Program-made: the position numbers and the translations under genes
Part shown: positions 38,338 through 49,400 of the stretch, piece by piece
Position numbering within the stretch: the first letter of the stretch is position 1
Layout of the letters: each line of letters opens with the position of its first letter
Assembly: GCF_033153115.1 (NCBI RefSeq)
Contig: NW_026889805.1
Coordinates: 13,082,001 to 13,146,000 of the forward strand
From: Saccostrea echinata
Taxonomy: Eukaryota
Direction: 5' to 3'
Length of the DNA stretch: 64,000 nucleotides
The notes under the pieces: generated by a model
Database searches by the model: none
What the model was told of the DNA's origin: nothing
The model's input: only the letters and a program-made list of their open reading frames with translations

Positions 38338-40428
38338 TCACACTTGTGGTTGTTTGAGCCAAAAGTCTTTTCCGGTGAAGTCGCTATAGTTTTCACAATT
38401 CATTATAGCCGAATTTTCAACCTGTAAAAGATGTGCAATGATAAGAAAAAGTTCAATCTAAAACAAGTAATTTGTTTCACATTAATAATTGAAAAGCACC
38501 TACAATATCGAGTGGAGTGTATCCTGGGTGTTTTTCGTGTGGACCGGGATCATTAGACGCTTTGTTATAAGCTATAACGAGAGCTCGTCTCATGTTCTTA
38601 CTTGTGTTGTCACTGCTAGTGTGAAGTACATTGCAATGGAAAAACAGGGCATCGCCTGCAAAACATGTTATTATACAGTAATCTCAAATTTGTCAGTATC
38701 ATCAATCTATTGTTGAAGTTTTTCATCGTTGAAAGTAATAATTTACAAAAAGATCAATTGTAATCACACATCCCTGACCTGCCTTCAATTCCACGTGCAT
38801 CAGATCGCATACTTTCTCAATCTCCTTGACTCGTTCTACGTCCGCGCCAGTTTGCTCCCCGACAATCAAATGGTCAATTCGTCCACATTTATGTGACCCT
38901 TTCAGAATCTTATTTGAAGGTAAAATGATTAACACAAGAGAATTACATTATGATCAAACCGAAGAAAATAATCATGTTCAAGACAAATGGCATAGACTAA
39001 GTAACTTGCAGATAGAAAACAACTTGCCTGCAAACAACCATTTTCTTTCTTGCAATCATCCAATGCTACAAAGACTGTCATCATGTCAGGATAGAGACAG
39101 CCGTACTTATACCAATACCTGGTTAAATATCGCACTACAGAGCATAGTACAGAACATAAATATCCGCTAATTGTAATATCAAAACAAAAACAGACTTACC
39201 CATAATCCTGGTGCCATTCAAAGGTACCTCCTACGTAAGGTTCCTTGGAAATTAATTTGGTGTGGTAATGGTAAACCTCTCCCCCTAGCAACTGGAAATA
39301 ATGGATTTATACCGATTTGTATATTGATAAAAAGATTACATTTACTTGTTTACTCACCTCTTCACAAGTCTTTGCAACTTTCTCAGAGCGTGCAACAATA
39401 CCAGTGACGTCATTTCCCGGATGCTGCCACAGGACCAGTTTTGGTTCTTTTCCATTCTTGTCTGGTCTCTGAAAAAATATATTATAACACAATAAAGTAA
39501 AAAATGGTCAATTCAAGCGTAAACACAAACTTAGCAAAATATGCTTGGACATTGCAAACGTACTCCATACTGGTGTTTTAGAAGTTCTGGGTTTTCGACG
39601 GCTTTCTCCACTTGAAGCAGCTCTGTCTCACTTAATAAGCCTCTGAAATCAAATTATTGTTCAGAATCATTAACATCTGGGCAACGAAATGAGATGCACT
39701 TACATAGTCTACTAGTATATTCTCTCTGAAAATCAATGCTGCAGTCTGTTTTTGTGTAACCCTTTCATTGCTTTCTTCTTAAGAACCCTCTCCACACTGC
39801 ACACTAAAGAGTTCTGATTCTATGGTATTTTTCTGCAATTAGAGTGATCTGCTCTTGGATCTAAATTCCAATAAATAGAAATTTACAGTATATTACCTAA
39901 TTTGTAATCAATACAAGTATTCTTCATATTTCAAAGGGCCAAGATAAATTAATTGAACACATTATCTCCATGTATTTTCTTCATGGAAGTAAACAACTGT
40001 GATTTCTGTTCACTGATACTGTGTTGTGTTTGAACATTTTTCCCGGGGGGTAAATGCCACGTACCATATATTAAAAATTAAATAGATAAGCCCAATATTT
40101 ACAACTTTATTCAATATAATTTTCTCGATGTCAAAAAAAACATTTTGCACTGGTGTATAGAGGGTCCTTAAAGGAAAATAGAAATTAAAAGCATCCACAT
40201 TTGATAAATGGACGCGCTACAAATTACATGTATATACCTTACAATAATGCATCCATCCTCACTGAAGCATCGCTTTGCTTCATCTGTTATGGTCAGTGAA
40301 TTGTTTTCTATGTTATATTCTGTAAGCAATAAGACATGTCAATTTCTAGTTTGTCAATTCGAATTAAAAAATATGACTTTAACATAAAGGGGTATTCTAA
40401 CTAATTAATTACCTGCAACTTCCATCAT
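38338..40428 (-). CDS. PhyH-family Fe(II)/2OG dioxygenase copy 3 (divergent paralog), ~278 aa
   Basis: Exons 40428-40413, 40319-40238, 39642-39564, 39468-39358, 39291-39200, 39118-39028 (GC donor), 38908-38779, 38655-38504, 38421-38338. Motifs [10 protein letters not shown] and [24 protein letters not shown]. Confidence 0.9.
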
Positions 40429-40897
40429 GTGGATGGATTCCTGGTTACGTTTCCATGTCTCTACTGCGGTGGGTCATTTTTGTTGTGCAGACCACGGTTA
40501 TTAGTATTAGTACATATCATCCTAAATCTCGACCCAAATTTAGGACTATGCTATTTACACATGCCTATCAATAATGATAGGAGGAAAATGCGTTGAGAAT
40601 GATTCGATTGCATAAAAAATTAATTTTTAAATAAAGAATTAGATACAATTTCAATATGAAAAGGGTATGAAATATTATCAAACTTTACTGAGATGTCAGT
40701 CATTTTTACGGAACTCCTCTGGTTTTATCCATCAAAATATAGTCATAATATCTTTACCAACTAACTCTGTTGAAACCTACACTCTTAATGAAACAATTGG
40801 TCATTTGCCTATATTTTGAAACTATGTTTCCGTGTATTACCAGCACAGGTTAAAGTTCGTCTTTTTACAGTCATTTAAACAATAAAATGCTTTCTTT

Positions 40898-41022
40898 TTG
40901 TTGTTAGTAAGGGAATAAATGTTGCAGCTTTTGCAGAAAAAATGCATAATCCGCGTTTAGAAGCGGGTTAGGTAATTTTTTTTCTGCATTAGCTGCAACG
41001 TTAATTCCCGTACTAACAAACA
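40898..41022. repeat. Imperfect ~120-bp palindrome (probable non-autonomous element)
   Basis: gttagtaagggaataaatgttgcagc...gcagaaaaaa mirrored by tttttctgcattagctgcaacgttaattcccgtactaac. Confidence 0.6.
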
Positions 41023-41704
41023 AAGACAGACATTTTATTGTATATATTTATATCTCTGCAAATAAATTATTTAAAGTAGGATTTATTAGATGAAATATTG
41101 TAGTTTTGATATTTACGTCATTGTACGTTTCATTGATGGAACAGCCACTGCTCAAGAAATCTGTAGAGGCGACATGCTTAGCAGTGTTTACTTAAACAAA
41201 ACTAGGGTGTTCCAAGGAACGCATGTGTCGCCTTCTTTGTAGTTTCATTAAAGGTGTATATAAATCTAAGAGTGGTCAGCTATACTACCAGCATGATAGT
41301 TCAATTGCATTTGCTTGCAAAAATTAATTTGCATCCATGGATATTACAAGAATGCGATAGAATCTGACAATCAAAGAAAATATGGTCCTCTAACACTCAA
41401 ATAAATATTTAAATTGAAATTATTAGAAATAACTATTTATCATTTTATCAATACGTGTTTCCAGCAATCCTCTAAATGAGATTTCAATCAGTCCACGATC
41501 CATTGTGGAATAGCGATCCCGATGTACATGTATTTTCATTGTATTTAAATATTAAGTTTGTGTGGTAACTGAATATCATAAAGTTTTAAATTATACATTG
41601 TAGTATCCTAAGCTCACAAACATGTATAAATGGTAATTATCAAAATCCTGCCTCTCAAAATTCAAAAGTCATAAGTTAGATTAAATTTACTGCCCAGAGT
41701 ATAT

Positions 41705-43115
41705 TTAAGGATATCCGATCCTCAGCCAAGAAGGATAACTCTTAAATTTATTATTTTATGTAAAAAGTCTCAAAATGAAGCTTGAAATTGAGATCTTTTC
41801 GTGCAACAATTTTCATTTTATGCATCTTAATATGATTCAAGGTACTTTGAAGTCTTAGAAATGGTCTTGTAAAAAGTTGACATTTGTACCCCATAAAAGA
41901 AAAAAAAATGAATTCATTTTTAGAGAAATTGAATTTCCTGTAGTCTAGCATTAGATACGACTGCTTATTAGCATAATGTGAAATTAGATGTGATGTCTAG
42001 CAATGATAGTACAAGCTTTTTACACTATGTATTATATGACAATTGAAGTAAAAAGAGGAACTAAAATACTGTATAAGCATAAAAAAGATACAATTTGCTC
42101 CAAATGCCTGGATACCTATATTTTTCTATCCTAAATTATATTTGTTGATCAATGGAGATGGGCGAACATAGCGTGCAGAAAGCCCATAGCTTCAGAAATA
42201 TAAAAATCATGTTCAGTTTGTGAATTCAATATTAAGAGTAAAGTTCTCATTATTGAAATTTATGAAATTGTGATAAACAAAACTTTTCTGAGGAAAATTT
42301 TCTCGGCAAAATTTGTTCTTTTATTAAATAAAAAATAATGTGGTATTCGTGGGGTTCGAACCCTAGCAATAAAAATCCTGAGTATCATTTTCTTTCGAGA
42401 CTAGCACGCTCACCACTAGACTACACAAGTCCTGACGAATAGTGGCATTTAAATCATGTTTGTGATATGACCCTTGACTTAATGGACTCCAAGTATTTCT
42501 CGAAAAGATGCGAATGTTATGTCATAAAAGTATATTTTTAAGGTATAGTGGGTCATTGCTCCATATTTTTGGTAACCAACAAATGTATATTTTTATGCAA
42601 ACTTTGAGGATTAACTTTCAAAAAGGTGGAGCGAAGACCCACCCAGATCGAAAAATAGTGTTATAGTATGAGAAAATGACTCTTTTTGCCCGCTTTAGTG
42701 TGTGTCTAATATTTCACAGGCAAATAATTTCAATCTTTGAGGGATTTTTGTAAATTGTAGAGATTTTACATAAAGTATATTTTAATGTTAGACGAAATAT
42801 CAAGGGAAATTTTGATATAATTGAAATTTAATTTTTCATCTTCATGTTTGTCACACTATAGGCTTATCGCTCGTCATGTTCACCCATCTCCTTTCAAATA
42901 GAAAATGCATAGCTGGTGTTTTTATTGGCATTTCCTGAAGATATATTTGAGATTTGATAATTTTCCCTATATAATGTGATTAACTATAATGATGAACTTT
43001 GAAGAAATTCCATGGGTAAATTCACGTTACTGTGTGAAATCAGAGAGACATTTTTGTGAGAATTTTCAATTACTTAAAAGCTGATTTTCAGAACCTGAGG
43101 ATCAGACTACCTTAA
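41705..43115. mobile_element. TTAA-flanked MITE
   Basis: ttaaggatatccgatcctcag ... ctgaggatcagactaccttaa. Confidence 0.65.
42153..42893. mobile_element. Nested MITE with an internal tRNA-like segment
   Basis: TIR ggagatgggcgaacat / atgttcacccatctcc. Minus-strand tagtctagtgg (A box) and ggttcgaacccc (B box) at ~42345-42425. Confidence 0.6.
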
Positions 43116-43716
43116 AGGTCAACTGGATTGTAATGCTGGCATTTTTCATATTGTCTAATGACAAGCAGTGTACATGCTAAATAGCCAAGACTTACTTCTT
43201 AAATGTCAAAAATATGCTGTTAATCGGCACTATGACCTATTTTGAAAAGTAGGTAAAAAGATTAAGGTCAAGGGTCACAAGGTGGTAACTATGGTAATTT
43301 ACAAAAGCCATAGTGCCAAGCAATATATGTGCAAAATATCAAATCTATACCTCTTACAGTTCTCGAGATATAGGATGTGACAGACGGACAGACAGACAGA
43401 GGTAAAGTGATCCCTTAGTGTCGCTCTGCTCTGCAGGCGACACAAAAATGCTTTCTTGGTTGTTAGTATGGGAATTAACATTGCAGCTGTTGAAGAAAAA
43501 GTAATTTTATTGATTCTTATTACAATGTATCTTGTAATGGTTCAGTTGACAACTTTGCTGATAAATTATAGTCAGGGTTTTGTTTACTGTAGAAAGGTTA
43601 GCTTTTGCTTAATTCAATTTCTGAGAAATTTTGTGCAACATATTCACGTCAACAGAATTTAAACCTAAAATATAAACTGTGCAGGTGCAACAATTACCAT
43701 CCTTTCGACAAAAACA

Positions 43717-44756
43717 AACAAGAGGTCCATGGGCCACAACGCTCACCTGAGTCACTTTGGTCTTGCTGTTCTGCATCAGATTTTTCCCCCAAATTACATA
43801 TTCTTCTGTATTTTTGATCGCCTTTTATGACCCCACCCTATACACTGGGCCTGTGATTTGAACAAAAATGGATCTATACTACCAGAGAATGCTCCAACAT
43901 TAATATGATTCATCATGGACTTTCTCTTGAGGAGTTTTAAAGATTTTTTTCCTATATAATCCCTACTGTCGCCCCGCCCGACTCCCAGAGGTCATGATTT
44001 TTTATCTACACTACCTTAGGAAGCTTCAATATATGATTCAGCTTTTTTGGTCCAGTGGTTCTTGACAAGAAGATTTTAAACGATTTTTCATATATATTTC
44101 AAGGCAAAACTTTGATTCCCTATTGTGGCCCAACCCTACCCCAGGGGGCTAGAATCTACACTACCTCAGGAAGCTTCCACATAAGTTTCAGCTTTCCTGG
44201 TAAAATGGTACTTGAGAAGAAGATTTTTAAAGATTTCTCCTATATACTTCAATGTAAAACTTTGATTCCCTATGGTGGCCCCACCCTACCCCCCAGGGCC
44301 ATGATTTGGACAATTTAGAATCTACACTACCTCAGGAAGCTTCCACATAAGTTTCAGCTTTCCTGGTAAAATGGTACTTAGGAAGAAGATTTTTAAAGAT
44401 TTCTCCTATATATTTCAACGTAAAGCTTTGATTCCCTATGGTGGCCCCATCCTACCCCCGGAATCAATGATTTGAACAATTTAGAATCTACAATACCTCA
44501 GGAACCTTCCACCTAAGTTTAATCTTTTCTGGTCTAGTGGTTCTTGAGAAGATTTTTAATAACCCCAACCTATTTTTGCCTTTTCTTGATCATCTCCACT
44601 TGGAAGGGGGTTGGACCTTCATTTTAACAATTTAGAATCCCCTACTTTATACCAACTTTGGTTAAAACTGGCCCAGTAGTTCTTGAAAAGAAGTTGAAAA
44701 TGCAAGAAGTTTTAAGACAGACCAATGGACGGACTTACGCCGGACAACAGGTGATA

Positions 44757-44797
<41 letters not shown>
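43717..44797 (-). mobile_element. Helentron/HINE-like element, same family as 4388-5157
   Basis: Ends aacaagaggtccatgggccacaacgctcacc and aagctcacttgagctttcagctcaggtgagctaaaaa; ~165-bp internal repeats. Confidence 0.85.
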
Positions 44798-44802
<5 letters not shown>

Positions 44803-45577
44803 TGTTACCTCAGAATCAATTTTATCATCTTGTATCCAAACCCGACACTCTTCTGCTCTCGGAATTGCTCATCATGTCATAAATTAAAATTCATACATGA
44901 GCACACAATCATAAGAGGCAGTCTGGAGATTTTTTAACTTTTATTAACTGAGTTCAAGATAAATAGCAATTTTTTTCAACAAATCATCCCAGCTTATGAT
45001 GATAATGAGCTACAATGGTAACTGACTTACACTCTATACACACAGTAAGACGGGGCCTGTTTAATAGGAGGGGGTGTAATTTAGTCCCAGATTTATACAG
45101 TATATATCACACAGAGTCCATGGTGAGCATGAATGATAACTATATCATTATTTATAAATGCATAGCTTTTCATGTACTTAAGTCCGTTACATCAATCATT
45201 TTTCTTATAGTGAAAAAGGCAGTATGTTTAATTTCTGAATGTTACACTTTTAGAAAGTCCAAGATATTGGTTCATTCTTCATTAAATATAGTAAAGAGAG
45301 TTACTGCAGGATTCAGTGTTGAAGAATGGTCACATGGTTAACATAATTATCAATGTAAATACAACAAGCTTAGCTATACTGCGAGTTGTTTCTATATGTA
45401 TATGTCATGATTTTGGCATGGATATAAAAATGTCATACTTCAAATTCAAAACCAAATCAATAGAAAGAAAATAATTATAGCATTTATGTAAATAATAGAT
45501 TTATATCATCGTTTAACTTAAGACATAATACACAGGTGTAATAAAAATTCCAAGGGATGTAATGGATGCAGAATTTT

Positions 45578-45719
45578 NNNNNNNNNNNNNNNNNNNNNNN
45601 NNNNNNNNNNNNNNNNNNNNNNNNNNNNNNNNNNNNNNNNNNNNNNNNNNNNNNNNNNNNNNNNNNNNNNNNNNNNNNNNNNNNNNNNNNNNNNNNNNNN
45701 NNNNNNNNNNNNNNNNNNN
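45578..45719. other. Assembly gap (N run)
   Basis: 142 Ns. Confidence 1.
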
Positions 45720-46422
45720 GTTCATCTGTTAAAAGATAATGTATACCTTATCTTCTTTCCAATTCTATTAATACTCCAAATGACTTTAAGTATATTTCTC
45801 CAATATTAAGTACAGGTTAAGGGGTTCCAATACTGAAAATGTCTCCAATTTTTCTATATTACATTTTAAATTTGTTTCCTGATAAATCAACATTTCAAGC
45901 AAATAATGCTAGTAGCAGAAAGCTCATAAAGAGGCTGAAGGAGAAGGGGCTATAATTATTACAATATGACTATACTGTTATACAGGGTGTATTATGCTGC
46001 GTGTCATAAACAATACTGTCAGGGGTGATGAGTCATTAACAGTGTTAATTAATTGCTATAAATATCACAGAGTACAGGAAACATCCCTATAAGAGACATC
46101 ACATTATCAATGGAATTTTTCTGTCTATGTGTCAAACTACCATAATACGAGAATGGCACCTTTCGCAACAAAATATAATGCAAGTACATGTAAAATCATG
46201 GAGCAAAACAGGGCAGTGTTCTCTGGCGGCTCAAGGGGGGAAGCTGGACAATGGACACAAGAAATTCTGTGGGACAGAAAATTCCAGTTGTCTCTGACTT
46301 GCAATTGCTGTATGATGGAAAAGGTTTCCTATTGGCCGATATTGCTTGGTCACATGGTAACAAAACTGGCAATGCAGTGATGAATGGAGGTCTTGCATAT
46401 GATTATTAGCATTCACTGAAGA

Positions 46423-49400
46423 TCAGTCATCATCCAACTCTCTTACATACGCTAAGGGGAAGTAACCATTCTGGGAAAAAAGAAAAAGTATTGCCATTAT
46501 TTGAAGATTTTACATTACCAGAATTTTTAAATCAAATGTTCTTTAAAAGATATTATCTATTTAGATATAGCTTATGCTGCTGATTAATTTCAGATAATAT
46601 CAAGATGAAAAAAATGAAGAAAATTGACAAACCTTTCCTGAGACACAGTGCTCTCCCTTCCACCAGCCTTTGTCACTTCCTGTTTTACTAACAATGGCCA
46701 CTCTGTCACCGCGACACAGGGACAGCTGAGACGTAGCAGTGGCTGCATAATCGTACACTGCTTCTGCGTAGCCCAGAATTCGTGCACCTGTGAAACACAT
46801 ATCATAGATTACATGTACCAAGGTTAATACTTCTGTTAAAAGTCTCAAGATTGGAAAATGAATCAACCCAGATTTATCATCAACCCTTGACTTACTAGCC
46901 CCTCCTCCAGCCTGAGATTTGAAAGGAAATTTAAGAGTTGTATCCACCCCTGGAAAACTATCTGCTAGTGAGTTATCCTGATAAAACTCCACTAATTCCT
47001 GTAAAAGAAGGATTCCATGATCAGATACAGAGTCGGGGATTAATCAGAAAGTCAAAAAATACTTTTTTTTCCAGAAAATGGTGCTTTAAAATTCAAATTA
47101 AGCTCATTAACTAAATTGGAGCTATATCAAATATGGTACACTAAATCTCCTGTTAGCTTCCTATACATGTCTCACCTTCACTGTTTTGAAGTTCTTGTCC
47201 ATACTTAATCTATAGAATCCCTCTTCATCCTTGCGAACTTTAATATGCTGTACAGAATTATTTCTAAAATCAAATGTGGGATGCATTAAGGTAAACTTTA
47301 CCTGCATCTTTGTGGGATTTGAATAGTCTGCATGCAGTCATATGACAGTCACATGACTAGAGTCACGTGACATGATACTAGCTGAAACTGGTATCAAAGG
47401 GTGCATGCTTCTCTTTGTACTTACACATCTAACAGCAGACATCAAGAGGAAACAGAGGCCATCCCTAGTGAAACAGACTACACAATTATTACCCTAAACT
47501 TTGAGGCTTCTTATTGTTAATTTGATTCTTTTGAAATGAATCTAAATGAATTTATAATTTCTTTTTTAAAACTGTGCCAGTGACTTGAATTCTCTGTGAT
47601 AGGGATGCTGTGTACTATGGATGCCCCCTGTTTGATTTTGACTTCAGAACTAGGACAGCCTATGAGGACAGCCTTGAGCATGCCAATATACTCACAGGTA
47701 GAGAAGAAAAGAATTTAGTATCAGCTAAATAAAACAAGCCTTCAGCATTCTTCTCCACTCTGATGTGTCGAACCTGGTTATCATACCTACAATACACGTG
47801 GAGGTCATGCAGAATAGCTGTATATAACCATAAAGTCTCATGCAAGATTCAGAACTATATACAACATGTCCGAAATTGTTATTTACAACCATGCATAATA
47901 CTGATAAATACTATAATTTTTTACATGTCTATTATAACATTCTAAGGTAAATGTTTGAATAGAGCACTAATGTTTTTTTTTCTAATTCACTTTCTCTAAT
48001 CTCCATCTGTGGACAACAAAAAGTTCCTACATTTGTTATTTATACATTAACTGCAAGCAATAGTCATTTCTCAACATTCCAAACTTGTTTAAATGAGAGA
48101 TAAAATTCATTTCAAAATCAAATAGAATTCACTTTGGAAAAATACCAACAAAGGCATACAAGAATAGTTATTTAACTTGAACATAAAGTGAAACATGTCA
48201 ATCATAACAAAATATTGCCAAATAAACAGATCAAATAAGAAATTTTAAAAAAGGATGGAGATAAACTAACTGTTAACAATTTTACACCCCACCCCCCCTC
48301 AAAAAAAATAAATATAGCAAGAAAAATAATGATAAACAAGATGACATTCAAAAAATGTTTCTGCATATCTAAAACAAAATTCTACTCATACAGTAATTCG
48401 AACATAACACTTTACCATCTATAATCCCCTTCCCTAAAAACATTTATTTAAAATGTATACAAACTAGAAGTTTCTTAATGGAATTCATTCCCCCTGTTGG
48501 ACACACACTCGGTAACCTTGGCCCTGCTGTTCTTTAGACTGTTTTTAAGGGGGCCGACTAGGGGGTTTCCATTGTACAATACTTAGTGCAGTATATTGAA
48601 ATAAAGCACATTTACCCTTTATTGCAATTATTTCAACATAATTTATCAAATTCAACAAAATTAAGAAATCGAGATGTTTTCTGATTTTTAAAATGATTTT
48701 TCAAATAATAGGTAGATTGTTGCCATTATTGTGTGTGTTGTCAAGTCATGAAAAACTGAAGTTCCTTAGGAGAGGGTTATAAAAAGTTTTACAAAAAGTA
48801 TAAAATATATGCTCTTAAAATTGTTAACTAAAGATTTGAATATTTTCTATATAAATCCTAAAAATGTGTCATTTCTTATAGTACTTGATGAAAAGAAGAT
48901 TTTGACAATTTGAGATGCCCCCTTTGGAAACCAGATGGTAGAATTGTGTGTTTCTTACAAATAATGCACAATATAGTATTGTTCATTACATATTATAAAT
49001 TGAACAAAAAGTGTATTACATTTTTTTTTAATAATTTGTTTAGAAGTGTGAAAAAAGCATTTTATCTATTGTAAACGTAATAGTATTTTGAGATGGTCCC
49101 TAAAAAATAACCAGACGAAAGATTTTCCTCAAACATTGCATGTATACTGAAGTCACTGTAGGCTATACATGGTATAAAAGTAAAGAGTTCCTCTATTTAA
49201 TTTTTAAACCCAAAAAAACAACAACAGTCAGCTCCCTTTAATTTTTTCCTTCTTTATTCCCGTGAAAAATTTGACTTCATATTGTGGGCCAATCCTAAGC
49301 TCCTAAGGATCATGACTTTTGATTTAACACAAGTCATAAATCTTTTAAGATGTAATAAGAAAAAATGACGAAGTATAGTTTACTTTCAATTTTTTGATTT

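Larger units (their letters stand above)
41199..43447 (-). mobile_element. HINE-like element split by nested MITE insertions
   Basis: One end aaactag...catgtgtcgcc; the other end has a GACA microsatellite plus hairpin tgtcgctctgctctgcaggcgacacaaaa. Subterminal inverted repeat tgtgtcgcc/ggcgacaca. Confidence 0.5.

Noticed and set aside
16951-40428. Calling the dioxygenases peroxisomal phytanoyl-CoA hydroxylase (PHYH), or assigning a specific pathway such as aminoglycoside modification
   Set aside because: No PTS1 (C-termini RAK, TER, PQV) and no N-terminal PTS2 extension; only family-level assignment is supportable from sequence.
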